64,000 nucleotides of DNA from Heterodontus francisci. Lineage: Eukaryota. The DNA lies in assembly GCF_036365525.1 (NCBI RefSeq), contig NC_090378.1:119087593-119151592 (forward strand), in the 5' to 3' direction. The notes under the pieces are model-generated. The model was given only the letters and a program-made list of their open reading frames with translations. It was not told the origin of the DNA and ran no database searches. Made by a program: the position numbers and the translations under genes. Positions 1 to 12,922 of this stretch are shown here, piece after piece (the first letter of the stretch is position 1; the number at the start of each line of letters is the position of its first letter).

Positions 1-3000
1 CACACTCAGAGACACACACTGACAGACAGTACTGGGTAACACACCCACATTCAGAGACACTCACTGACAGACAGTACTGGGTAACACATCCACACTCAGA
101 GACACGCACCTACAGACAGTACTGGGTAACACACCCACACTCAGAGACACGCACCTACAGACAGTACTGGGTAACACACCCACATTGAGAGACACTCACT
201 GACAGACAGTACTGGGTAACACATCCACACTCAGAGACACGCACCTACAGACAGTACTGGGTAACACACCCACACTCAGAGACACACACCTACAGACAGT
301 ACTGGGGAACGCACCCACTCTCAGAGACACACACCTGCAGACAGTCCTGGGTAACACACCCACACTCAGAGACACACACTGACAGACAGTACTGGGTAAT
401 ACACCCACACTCAGAGACACACACCTACAGACAGTACTGGGTGACACACCTACACTCAGAGACACACACCTACAGACAGTACTGGGGAACGCACCCACTC
501 TCAGAGACACACACCTGCAGACAGTCCTGGGTAACACACCCACACTCAGAGACACTCACCTACAGACAGTACTGGGTAATACACCCACATTCAGAGACAC
601 ACACCTACAGACAGTACTGGGTAACACACCCACACTCAGAGACACACACCTACAGACAGCACTGGGGAACGCATCCACTCTCTGAGACACACACCTACAG
701 ACAGCACAGGGTAACACACCCACACTCAGAGACACACACCTACAGACAGTACTGGGTAACACACCCACATTCAGAGACACTCACTGACAGACAGTACTGG
801 GTAACACATCCACACTCAGAGACACGCACCTACAGACAGTACTGGGTAACACACCCACACTCAGAGACACACACCTACAGACAGTACTGGGGAACGCACC
901 CACTCTCAGAGACACACACCTGCAGACAGTCCTGGGTAATACACCCACATTCAGAGACACACACCTACAGACAGTACTGGGTAAAACACCCACATTCAGA
1001 GACACTCACTGACAGACAGTACTGGGTAACACATCCACACTCAGAGACACGCACCTACAGACAGTACTGGGTAACACACCCACTCTCAGAGACACACACC
1101 TGCAGACAGTCCTGGGTAACACACCCACACTCAGAGACACACACTGACAGACAGTACTGGGTAATACACCCACACTCAGAGACACACACCTACAGACAGT
1201 ACTGGGTAACGCACCCACATTCAGAGACACTCACCTACAGACAGTACTGGGTAATACACCCACACTCAGAGACACACACCGACAGACAGTACTGGGTGAC
1301 ACACCTACACTCAGAGACACACACATACAGACAGTACTGGGTAACGCACCCACACCCAGAGACACTCACCTACAGACAGTACTGGGTACCACACCCACAC
1401 TCAGAGACACACACCTACAGACAGTACTGGGTAACACACCCACACTCAGAGACACACACCTACAGACAGTACTGGGGAACGCACCCACTCTCAGAGACAC
1501 ACACCTACAGACAGTACTGGGTAACACACCCGCAATCAGAGACACACACCTACAGACAGTACTGGGTAATACACCCACACTCAGAGACACACACCTACAG
1601 ACAGTACTGGGTAACACACCCACATTCAGAGACACTCACCTACAGACAGTACTGGGTAATACACCCACACTCAGAGACACACACCGACAGACAGTACTGG
1701 GTGACACACCTACACTCAGAGACACACACCTACAGACAGTACTGGGGAACGCACCCACTCTCAGAGACACTCACCTACAGACAGTACTGGGTAACACACC
1801 CACACTCAGAGACACACACCTACAGACAGTACTGGGTAATACACCCACACTCAGAGACACACACCTACAGACAGTACTGGGTAATACACCCACACTCAGA
1901 GACACACACCTACAGACAGTACTGGGTAATACACCCACACTCAGAGACACACACCTACAGACAGTACTGGGTAATACACCCACACTCAGAGACACACACC
2001 TACAGACAGTACTGGGGAACGCACCCACTCTCAGAGACACACACCTGCAGACAGTCCTGGGTAATACACCCACATTCAGAGACACACACCTACAGACAGT
2101 ACTGGGTAACACACCCACACTCAGAGACACACACTGACAGACAGTACTGGGTAACACACCCACATTCAGAGACACTCACTGACAGACAGTACTGGGTAAC
2201 ACATCCACACTCAGAGACACGCACCTACAGACAGTACTGGGTAACACACCCACACTCAGAGACACGCACCTACAGACAGTACTGGGTAACACACCCACAT
2301 TCAGAGACACTCACTGACAGACAGTACTGGGTAACACATCCACACTCAGAGACACGCACCTACAGACAGTACTGGGTAACACACCCACACTCAGAGACAC
2401 ACACCTACCAGACAGTACTGGGGAACGCACCCACTCTCAGAGACACACACCTGCAGACAGTCCTGGGTAATACACCCACATTCAGAGACACACACCTACA
2501 GACAGTACTGGGTAACACACCCACATTCAGAGACACTCACTGACAGACAGTACTGGGTAACACATCCACACTCAGAGACACGCACCTACAGACAGTACTG
2601 GGTAACACACCCACACTCAGAGACACACACCTACAGACAGTACTGGGGAACGCACCCACTCTCAGAGACACACACCTGCAGACAGTCCTGGGTAACACAC
2701 CCACACTCAGAGACACACACTGACAGACAGTACTGGGTAATACACCCACACTCAGAGACACACACCTACAGACAGTACTGGGTAACGCACCCACATTCAG
2801 AGACACTCACCTACAGACAGTACTGGGTAATACACCCACACTCAGAGACACACACCGACAGACAGTACTGGGTGACACACCTACACTCAGAGACACACAC
2901 CTACAGACAGTACTGGGGAACGCACCCACTCTCAGAGACACTCACCTACAGACAGTACTGGGTAACACATCCACACTCAGAGACACACACCTACAGACAG

Positions 3001-6000
3001 TACTGGGGAACGCACCCACTCTCAGAGACACACACCTGCAGACAGTCCTGGGTAACACACCCACACTCAGAGACACTCACCTACAGACAGTACTGGGTAA
3101 TACACCCACATTCAGAGACACACAACTACAGACAGTACTGGGTAACACACCCACACTCAGAGACACACACCTACAGACAGCACTGGGGAACGCATCCACT
3201 CTCTGAGACACACACCTACAGACAGTACTGGGTAACACACCCACACTCAGAGACACACACCGACAGACAGTACTGGGTAACACACCCACACTCAGAGACA
3301 CTCACCTACAGACAGTACTGGGTAATACACCCACACTCAGAGACACACACCGACAGACAGTACTGGGTAACACACCTACACTCAGAGACACACACCAACA
3401 GACAGTACTGGGGAACGCACCCACTCTCAGAGACACTCACCTGCAGACAGTACTGGGTAACACATCCAGACTCAGAGACACACACCTACAGACAGTACTG
3501 GGTAATACACCCACATTCAGAGACACACACCTACAGACAGTACTGGGTAACACACCCACACTCAGAGACACACACCTACAGACAGCACTGGGGAACGCAC
3601 CCACTCTCAGAGACACACACCTACAGACAGTACTGGGTAACACACCCACACTCAGAGACACACACCTACAGACAGTACTGGGTAACACACCCACACTCAG
3701 AGACACACACCTACAGACAGTACTGGGTAACACACCCACACTCAGAGACACACACCTACAGACAGTACTGGGTAATGCACCCACACTCAGAGACACACAC
3801 CTACAGACAGTACTGGGGAACGCACCCACTCTCAGAGACACACACCTGCAGACAGTCCTGGGTAATACACCCACATTCAGAGACACACACCTACAGACAG
3901 TACTGGGTAACACACCCACACTCAGAGACACACACTGACAGACAGTACTGGGTAACACACCCACATTCAGAGACACTCACTGACAGACAGTACTGGGTAA
4001 CACATCCACACTCAGAGACACGCACCTACAGACAGTACTGGGTAACACACCCACACTCAGAGACACGCACCTACAGACAGTACTGGGTAACACACCCACA
4101 TTCAGAGACACTCACTGACAGACAGTACTGGGTAACACATCCACACTCAGAGACACGCACCTACAGACAGTACTGGGTAACACACCCACACTCAGAGACA
4201 CACACCTACAGACAGTACTGGGGAACGCACCCACTCTCAGAGACACACACCTGCAGACAGTCCTGGGTAACACACCCACACTCAGAGACACACACTGACA
4301 GACAGTACTGGGTAATACACCCACACTCAGAGACACACACCGACAGACAGTACTGGGTGACACACCTACACTCAGAGACACACACCTACAGACAGTACTG
4401 GTGAACGCACCCACTCTCAGAGACACACACCTGCAGACAGTCCTGGGTAACACACCCACACTCAGAGACACTCACCTACAGACAGTACTGGGTAATACAC
4501 CCACATTCAGAGACACACACCTACAGACAGTACTGGGTAACACACCCACACTCAGAGACACACACCTACAGACAGCACTGGGGAACGCATCCACTCTCTG
4601 AGACACACACCTACAGACAGTACAGGGTAACACACCCACACTCAGAGACACACACCTACAGACAGTACTGGGTAACACACCCACATTCAGAGACACTCAC
4701 TGACAGACAGTACTGGGTAACACATCCACACTCAGAGACACGCACCTACAGACAGTACTGGGTAACACACCCACACTCAGAGACACACACCTACAGACAG
4801 TACTGGGGAACGCACCCACTCTCAGAGACACACACCTGCAGACAGTCCTGGGTAATACACCCACATTCAGAGACACACACCTACAGACAGTACTGGGTAA
4901 CACACCCACATTCAGAGACACTCACTGACAGACAGTACTGGGTAACACATCCACACTCAGAGACACGCACCTACAGACAGTACTGGGTAACACACCCACA
5001 CTCAGAGACACACACCTACAGACAGTACTGGGGAACGCACCCACTCTCAGAGACACACACCTGCAGACAGTCCTGGGTAACACACCCACACTCAGAGACA
5101 CACACTGACAGACAGTACTGGGTAATACACCCACACTCAGAGACACACACCTACAGACAGTACTGGGTAACGCACCCACATTCAGAGACACTCACCTGCA
5201 GACAGTACTGGGTAATACACCCACACTCAGAGACACACACCGACAGACAGTACTGGGTGACACACCTACACTCAGAGACACACACCTACAGACAGTACTG
5301 GGGAACGCACCCACTCTCAGAGACACTCACCTGCAGACAGTACTGGGTAACACATCTACACTCAGAGACACACACCTACAGACAGTACTGGGGAACGCAC
5401 CCACTCTCAGAGACACACACCTGCAGACAGTCCTGGGTAACACACCCACACTCAGAGACACACACCTACAGACAGTACTGGGTAACACACCCACACTCAG
5501 AGACACTCACCTACAGACAGCACTGGGGAACGCACCCACTCTCAGAGACACACACCTACAGACAGTACTGGGTAACACACCCACACTCAGAGACACACAC
5601 CTACAGACAGTACTGGGTAACACACCCACACTCAGAGACACACACCTACAGACAGTACTGGGTAACACACCCACACTCAGAGACACACACCTACAGACAG
5701 TACTGGGTAATACACCCACACTCAGAGACACACACCTACAGACAGTACTGGGTAATACACCCACACTCAGAGACACACACTGACAGACAGTACTGGGTAA
5801 TACACCCACACTCAGAGACACACACCTACAGACAGTACTGGGGAACGCACCCACTCTCAGAGACACACACCTGCAGACAGTCCTGGGTAATACACCCACA
5901 TTCAGAGACACACACCTACAGACAGTTCTGGGTAACACACCCACACTCAGAGACACACACTGACAGACAGTACTGGGTAACACACCCACATTCAGAGACA

Positions 6001-8609
6001 CTCACTGACAGACAGTACTGGGTAACACATCCACACTCAGAGACACGCACCTACAGACAGCACTGGGTAACACATCCACACTCAGAGACACACACCTACA
6101 GACAGTACTGGGGAACGCACCCACTCTCAGAGACACACGCTGACAGACTGTACTGGGTAATACACCCACACTCAGAGACACACACCGACAGACAGTACTG
6201 GGTGACACACCTACACTCAGAGACACACACCTACAGACAGTACTGGGGAACGCACCCACTCTCAGAGACACACACCTGCAGACAGTCCTGGGTAACACAC
6301 CCACACTCAGAGACACTCACCTACAGACAGTACTGGGTAATACACCCACATTCAGAGACACACAACTACAGACAGTACTGGGTAACACACCCACACTCAG
6401 AGACACACACCTACAGACAGCACTGGGGAACGCATCCACTCTCTGAGACACACACCTACAGACAGTACTGGGTAACACACCCACACTCAGAGACACACAC
6501 CGACAGACAGTACTGGGTAACACACCCACACTCAGAGACACTCACCTACAGACAGTACTGTGTAATACACCCACAGTCAGAGACACACACCGACAGACAG
6601 TACTGGGTAACACACCTACACTCAGAGACACACACCAACAGACAGTACTGGGGAACGCACCCACTCTCAGAGACACTCACCTGCAGACAGTACTGGGTAA
6701 CACATCCAGACTCAGAGACACACACCTACAGACAGTACTGGGTAATACACCCACATTCAGAGACACACACCTACAGACAGTACTGAGTAACACACCCACA
6801 CTCAGAGACACACACCTACAGACAGTACTGGGTAACACACCCACACTCAGAGACACACACCTACAGACAGTACTGGGTAACACACCCACACTCAGAGACA
6901 CACACCTACAGACAGTACTGGGTAATACACCCACACTCAGAGACACACACCTACAGACAGTACTGGGTAACACACCCACACTCAGAGACACACACCTACA
7001 GACAGTACTGGGTAACACACCCACACTCAGAGACACACACCTACAGACAGTACTGGGTAATGCACCCACACTCAGAGACACACACCTACAGACAGTACTG
7101 GGGAACGCACCCACTCTCAGAGACACACACCTGCAGACAGTCCTGGGTAACACACCCACACTCAGAGACACTCACCTACAGACAGTACTGGGTAATACAC
7201 CCATATTCAGAGACACACACCTACAGACAGCACTGGGGAACGCACCCACTCTCAGAGACACTCACCTACAGACAGTCCTGGGTAATACACCCACATTCAG
7301 AGACACACACCGACAGACAGTACTGGGTAACACATCCACACTCAGAGACACTCACCTACAGACAGTACTGGGTAACACACCCACACTCAGAGACACACAC
7401 CTACAGACAGTACTGGGGAACGCACCCACTCTCAGAGACACTCACCTGCAGACAGTCCTGGGTAACACACCCACACTCAGAGACACACACTGACATACAG
7501 TACTGGGTAACACACCCACATTCAGAGACACTCACTGACAGACAGTACTGGGTAACACATCCACATTCAGAGACACTCACCTACAGACAGTACTGGGTAA
7601 TACACCTACACTCAGAGACACACACCGACAGACAGTACTGGGTGACACACCTACACTCAGAGACACACACCTACAGACAGTACTGGGGAACGCACCCACT
7701 CTCAGAGACACACACCTACAGACAGTACTGGGTAACACATCCACACTCAGAGACACGCACCTACAGACAGTACTGGGTAACACACCCACACTCAGAGACA
7801 CACACCTGCAGACAGTACTGGGTAATACACCCACACTCAGAGACACACACCTACAGACAGTACTGGGGAACGCACCCACTCTCAGAGACACACACCTGCA
7901 GACAGTCCTGGGTAACACACCCACACTCAGAGACACACACTGACAGACAGTACTGGGTAACACACCCACATTCAGAGACACTCACTGACAGACAGTACTG
8001 GGTAACACATCCACACTCAGAGACACGCACCTGCAGACAGTACTGGGTAACACACCCACACTCAGAGACACACACCTACAGACAGTACTGGGTAACACAC
8101 CCACATTCAGAGACACTCACTGACAGACAGTACTGGGTAACACATCCACACTCAGAGACACGCACCTACAGACAGTACTGGGTAACACACCCACACTCAG
8201 AGACACACACCTACAGACAGTACTGGGTAAAACACCCACACTCAGAGACACACACCTACAGACAGTACTGGGTGACACACCCACACTCAGAGACACACAC
8301 CTACAGACAGTACTGGGTGAGACACCCATACTCAGAGACACACACCTACAGACAGCACTGGGTGACACACCCACACTCAGAGACACTCACCTACAGACAG
8401 TACTGGGTAACACACCCACACTCAGAGACACACACCTACAGACAGTACTGGGTAACACACCCACACTCAGAGACACACACCTACAGACAGTACTGGGTAA
8501 CACACCCATACTCAGAGACACACACCTACAGACAGTACTGGGTAACACCCCCACACTCAGAGACACTCACCTACAGACAGTACTGGGTAACAGTCACACC
8601 CACACTCAG
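1..8609. repeat. 45-bp tandem minisatellite/satellite array, ~190 copies, continuing beyond the window start
   Basis: Unit CACACTCAGAGACACACACCTACAGACAGTACTGGGTAACACACC is repeated head-to-tail with recurring point variants (GGGGAACGCACCCACTCTC, CTGACAG, GTCCTGG). A single 1-bp insertion near 2409 shifts the phase. The array degenerates at ~8590-8609. Confidence 0.98.
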
Positions 8610-8794
8610 GGTCATGTACACAATGATACCCTGACTGCTCCTCTCTCTAAACTGAGACCTCACTTGGTTCAGTTTTGTACTGTTACCATGAGGCATTGGT
8701 TAAGGTGGGAGAAATGAACATTGTGAGTGTGGCCTCCAGCCCTGAGATTGTCCCAGGCTCATTTCAGGTATTGCTCAGCAGTCAGCACAGAGTG

Positions 8795-8832
8795 CACAGT
8801 GCGATCCCACCAGCTGGGGCTACACCAACACC
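8795..8832 (-). other. Orphan RSS-like signal downstream of C (plus strand CACAGTG - 22 bp - ACCAACACC), in the same orientation as the J RSS
   Basis: Perfect heptamer at 8795-8801, 22-bp spacer, and nonamer at 8824-8832 matching ACAAAAACC at 7/9. No J-like FGxGT coding sequence is attached. Confidence 0.35.
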
Positions 8833-9014
8833 TCCAGTGTGAAGAGTGATGTGTGAATGCTGGGATTGTGATGATTTAATTCCAGCTGCTTTCAGTTTCT
8901 GTTTTTAATCTTGTAATCTCAAGGGATTTGAGATAAAACTGATCATTTTAATATGATTTACAATTGGCTATGAATCAATTCTGCTTCTGACATGTTATTG
9001 ATTGACAGGTCAAC

Positions 9015-9080
9015 CAGCCAATCATCAGATTCACTTGCTGAAATGCAGCCAATCAGCTGACAGGAAGGTGGGACATTTCC
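9015..9080. promoter_or_regulatory. Motif cluster 3' of the IgL polyA site (candidate 3' enhancer or promoter-like element)
   Basis: Two CAGCCAATCA (CCAAT) boxes, E-boxes CACTTG and CAGCTG (9054-9059), Ets-like CAGGAAG (9061-9067) and kB-like GGGACATTTCC (9070-9080) within ~65 bp. Motif evidence only. Confidence 0.25.
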
Positions 9081-9212
9081 AAAGCACTCCCAAGACATTT
9101 ACTGAATATTCTTAATGTTTATTACCTTTTACTGATTTACATTTACAGAAAAAAGACTTGAATAAACAGCCCAGCGAGAGGTAGCTGGAGAAATTCACAG
9201 GGAGAATGGAGG

Positions 9213-9218
9213 TTTATT
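9213..9218 (-). terminator. Polyadenylation signal AATAAA of the IgL transcript
   Basis: TTTATT on the plus strand is the first AATAAA on the minus strand after the C-exon stop (~500 nt 3' UTR). It is followed on the minus strand by GT/T-rich sequence (ctgtttattcaagtctttttt). Confidence 0.65.
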
Positions 9219-9410
9219 AAAACAGTTGTGGAGATTTTCTCAATAACATGAGAATCCTGTCGCTTTAAACAGAGACTAAACTTTAAATTGTAACTGCAGA
9301 GTGAGCAGGAAGGAGGTCTGGTTTACTGAGCGGCGAATTCTGAGGTTCACATTATTTTAGCTCAGCTGACAGTCTTCAGCATCTTAGAGAGGTTTTACTT
9401 GGCATCACGA

Positions 9411-9557
9411 GTCTACATTGTCCAATCAAACACTCCCAGGGCAGGTCCAGTACGGGTTAGATACAGAGTAAAGCTCCGTCTACATTGTCCAATCAAATAC
9501 TCCCAGGGCAGGTACAGTACGGGTGAGATACAGAGTAAAGCTCCCTCTACACTGTCC
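9411..9557. repeat. 67-bp minisatellite, ~2.2 copies, inside the predicted IgL 3' UTR
   Basis: TCTACATTGTCCAATCAAACACTCCCAGGGCAGGT.CAGTACGGGT.AGATACAGAGTAAAGCTCC recurs at 9411, 9478 and 9545. It resembles a repeat I recall as widespread in shark genomes (not verified here). Confidence 0.85.
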
Positions 9558-9714
9558 CAATTTCGAGCCTTAACCCCTGATCCTCAGAAGTGTCTCAGAC
9601 CCAGTCACGAGAAGGAAGAGAGTTGAAATTCCGTGTTGAAAATGACCTTTATCCTCCCAGCTCACCCCTGTTATATTTAAAGTTGTGTCTCCTCTGCGGA
9701 CTGTCTCTAACACT

Positions 9715-10043
9715 CTACACACATTCTGATCTGCTCACACTCTTACTGAGGGGAGAGGAGAGGGTCTCATGGATCAGGGCACAGGAGAAGCGGGCGTTGG
9801 ACTCCCAGTCAGAGCCAGAGAGGGTCAGCAGGCTGCTGACACTGTAGGTGCTATCCGAAGCTCGCAGGTAGTTGCTGGTCTGAACCCCGGCCGAAATGGC
9901 TGCACCGTCCTTCTTCCACTCTACCCCCACTTCATCGGGATAGAAGTGATCGGCAAGGCACACCAGGGTGGCAGTGCCCTTGGCCTTGACCTCCTCCTCC
10001 GAGGGGGGCAGCAGGGTCAGTGTGGGTTGAGACTTCTCTCGGC
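9715..10043 (-). CDS. IGKC: Immunoglobulin light chain constant-region exon (C1-set), cartilaginous-fish kappa / type III / NS4-like
   Basis: The reading frame extends beyond the ORF-track start to a splice acceptor (tttctcttctctttcAG, AG at 10045-10044). Translation: (S)REKSQPTLTLLPPSEEEVKAKGTATLVCLADHFYPDEVGVEWKKDGAAISAGVQTSNYLRASDSTYSVSSLLTLSGSDWESNARFSCALIHETLSSPLSKSVSRSECV*. It has the canonical LVC..FYP..V.W and F-S-C-x-x-x-H motifs, a penultimate Cys for the H-L disulfide, and TAG at 9715-9717. Phase-1 splicing is compatible with the J donor. The isotype call rests on recalled shark kappa sequences and on the 23-RSS of J. Confidence 0.95.
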
Positions 10044-10074
10044 CTGAAAGAGAAGAGAAAAACTGTTAATCACT

Positions 10075-10293
10075 GCATGTTTGTGTGCTCGGTGTATATA
10101 TTTGTGTGTTGTGGGTATATGTGTTCTTTGTGCATTTTTGCATATTCTGTGTATATCTGTGTTTCCTGTGTGTATATTTGTGTGTTCTGTGTGTGTATTT
10201 ATGTGTTCTATATATATTTGTGTGTTCTATAAATATTTATGTATTCTGAGTATATATTTATTTGTTCTGTGTATATGTGTGTGTTCTGCATAT
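10075..10293. repeat. TG/TA-rich low-complexity tract (left half)
   Basis: Degenerate (TGTGTGTTCTGTGTATATTT)-like repeats. The tract resumes at 11126 after an insertion. Confidence 0.8.
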
Positions 10294-11125
10294 TGTTACA
10301 AGAGATTTATTTTTGTACTAAAATCTTAGAATTCTGTGTGTTTTTAAAAATTGAAAACAGGATTTCCAGTGGACATGGACACCTGCAACTAGCTGAAATT
10401 TTTGGATGTTGACTTTGTATACAAGAATAGGAAAAGCAAACCGTTTCAAGGAAGCCTGCCAAGGGGTTTTTGACCTCCTCAGAGCATCACTTTGAATGAC
10501 AGTGGATACTCTATGTCTGGTCATGTGATTGGCTCAGGAAGGTTTACTGTCACTTCAGACCCTTTTAAAATCCAATGAGTTAGACAAAAAGCAGGCATTT
10601 GAAATTTGGTTGCTGATCTGCCTTGAGATCAAAGTTGAAGACCAAAAAAGACCTCTCTCTGTAAAGGAAACTTGCATCTCTTGAAAAGAAACCCTGCATT
10701 TGAAAGGTGGCAGATTCCGATTGCCTCCTGTCTCTGAAGAATTCCTGCATCCAGCATGGTTCCTGTTGCCTGCTGTGTTTTGGGAAATCCTGGAACCTGA
10801 AGAAAGCTTCTACTGCAATACTGCTGCTGTGAGCCCTCAGCAGACCTGTTGCTACACCCCTGCCAAAAGTCCTGTGTGACGCCTACTGTAGCCGAATTGC
10901 CCTGAACGCCGACCCATCACAGACTGTTCATCAACTTCTCCTGGAGAGACTTTGAGTGGCATCCGACTATTCAACTCTGGGACACCTCATTCAACTGAAG
11001 AACTTCATATCAAGAACGTGACAAACTGATTTATTTTATTTTTCCTTCTATTCCTAAGAAACAGCTGTGACCCGTGAAGAAGTGGGACTGAATTAATATT
11101 TATTTCTTCCACCTTGGTCGGAACA
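10294..11125. mobile_element. Probable solo LTR (832 bp) inserted in the intronic low-complexity tract
   Basis: Begins TGTTACA and ends GTCGGAACA (TG...CA, imperfect inverted termini TGTTAC/GGAACA). It is flanked by a 4-bp direct repeat ATAT (10290-10293 and 11126-11129) and cleanly splits one TG-rich tract. Confidence 0.65.
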
Positions 11126-11395
11126 ATATATATTATTTTGTTCTTCGTGTATTTGTGTGCTCTTTGTGTATTTATGTGTTTCAGTGTATATTTGCATTAT
11201 CTGTGCATTTTTGTGTTCTATGTCTATGCTTCTGTGTTCTCTATATATTTTTGTAAATTCTGTGTTCATATTTGTGTGTTCTGTGTGTTTATATTTCTGT
11301 GCTGTGTGTTTGTGTATTCTGTGTTTATTTGTATGTTTTGAGTCTATTTGAGTGGTCTATGTGTATATTCGTCTGTGTCTCTCTGTGGGTGTTTC
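11126..11395. repeat. TG/TA-rich low-complexity tract (right half)
   Basis: Same composition and degenerate motif as 10075-10293. Confidence 0.8.
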
Positions 11396-11825
11396 TACAT
11401 TGGAATTCACATTGGATAACAGACAGCTGGGTTGATGAACTCCTGTTTGTGTTTAACCATTAGAGGTGAGAACCATTAATTCTTGATTTCCTTCTGTTTT
11501 GCCTAGCTTGCTAAGGTTAGTCTAAATATAAATACATTGAATCATTTGATGTTCAGATGGTTAAATCGTGTTGGACAGTTTTTTAAATCTGTAATGAAGG
11601 GTTACCACAAATTCAGCACTGAAATGGTTATAGTAAGAGTGTTTGAAGACTCAGTGTCCCTTTAAGACACTGTTAACCTGACAGGAAGCTCGAACTATAG
11701 ATCAGTCCATCTGGAGGAAACAGGCTCAGTGTTAACAAATCTCAGATCACACATACACATCGGGAGAACTTTCTCCGGAACACTGGAACAGACTTGTCTC
11801 AACACACTTCAGAAATAACAACAAC

Positions 11826-12266
11826 CAAAACAATAACTTGTATTTATATGTTCAGTGATTGCTTTTAAGAATAATGTACCTTTAAGATCTTTGTATGCTA
11901 ATGAGGTGAGCACCACTATTTGAGATCTTCAACAGCCAGATCTCCACATACCTCATTCATGTTGCATCAGACAACATAAAAAGCTTCTCATTACATGGTG
12001 GCAGCTGTGGTGTATAGCGCCTTTAATCTCATTAAGCATTTAAAACATCTCAATGTGCTTCACAGGAGCATTATAAAACAGAAATATGACACTGAGCCAC
12101 AAATGGAGATAAAGGAGGAAAGTGAGGTAGATGATGAGCAGATGAGCTGAGCAGGGACACAGTCGTGTGATGTTACTGCGGTGGAAATAGGGGGTCTTAG
12201 TGATGGCCGGAACATGAGGTCAGAAATATGACACCAAGGCTGTGAACAGTCTGGTTTAGTCTCAGA
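11826..12266 (-). mobile_element. Decayed LINE (L2/CR1-group) 3'-end fragment, interrupted by the LTR-like piece
   Basis: AACAATAACTTGTATTTATA..TAGCGCCTTTAA..CAATGTGCTTCACAGGAGC..GACACTGAGCCAC..AAGGAGGAAAG is the same tail type as at 12534 and 13325. Confidence 0.5.
11849..12010 (+). mobile_element. Short LTR-like fragment (TG...CA, 11849-11995) followed by a tRNA-Leu-type primer-binding site
   Basis: TGTTCAG...TCATTACA is followed immediately by TGGTGGCAGCTGTGG, a 14/15 match to the complement of the tRNA-Leu 3' end (TGGTGGCAGCGGTGG). It interrupts the motif AACTTGTATTTATA|TAGCGCCTTTAA of an older retroposon tail. Confidence 0.45.
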
Positions 12267-12533
12267 CGGGGGGAAGGATGGAGGGATGGAGAAGGGTTGG
12301 ATGACGTGGGGGAGGATGGAGGGATGGAGAAGGGTTGGGTGTCAGTGTAGAAGGTTCTAGATGTCATTTAAAACCTTCCTGCCCAGCACTGGGGTGAGGT
12401 CAAGGGTGAGGCTATAATTAGTCTCAGTGCACTGGGGTCAGGCAGGGTCACTGCTCCGAATGATCCCATGACCCCTGGAAGGTGAGAGTGTGCGGACAAT
12501 GGGCGAGGGTCAGGATCAGGAGCCTCCAACCTC

Positions 12534-12922
12534 AAAGAAAGACTTGCATTTCTATAGCGCCTGTCACCACCTCAGCATATCTTCAAGTATTTTACAGCCA
12601 ACTGTTCACAGTAAGATCCCAGACAGCTGAGTGATACTGAGCAGATAATCTGATTTTTAATGGTGTTGGTTGAGTGATAAACATTGTCCAGGACACCGGG
12701 GAGAACTCCCCTGCTCTTCTAATAGTGCAGTGGGATCCTTTACATTCACCTGAGAGGGCAGACGTCAGTTTGTCTCATCTGAAAGACAGCACCTCTGACA
12801 GTGCAGCATTCCCTCAATACTGCACTGCAGTGTCAGCCTGGATTATGTGCTCCAGTCTCTGGAGTGGGACCTGAAGCCACGACATTCTGACTCAGAGGTG
12901 AGAGTGTTACCCACTGAGACAA
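12534..12922 (-). mobile_element. tRNA-derived SINE, DeuSINE/SacSINE1-like, near full length
   Basis: The minus strand begins with A-box-like TGTCTCAGTGGGTAAC and B-box-like GGCTTCAGGTCCC, then the core GCAGTATTGAGGGAATGCTGCACTGTCAGAGGTGCTGTCTTTCAGATGAGAC, and ends in the tail GCGCTATAGAAATGCAAGTCTTTCTTT. Confidence 0.75.

Noticed and set aside
441-8634. Long ORFs (500-700 aa) of HSETHTYRQYWVTHP repeats and antisense Cys/Val-rich ORFs
   Set aside because: The unit length of 45 is a multiple of 3 and several frames on both strands are open. Most starts are non-ATG, there is no unique N- or C-terminal domain, and sporadic stops and a frameshift occur. These are satellite translation artefacts.
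11190-11197. Perfect octamer ATTTGCAT in the J-C intron as an intronic enhancer
   Set aside because: It is embedded in a TG/TA low-complexity tract where near-matches are common, with no supporting motif cluster.
12268-12340. Duplicated G-rich ~30-bp motif (GGAGGATGGAGGGATGGAGAAGGGTTGG) as a switch-like or G4 element
   Set aside because: There are only two copies, adjacent to a decayed LINE fragment, which is too little to support a function.
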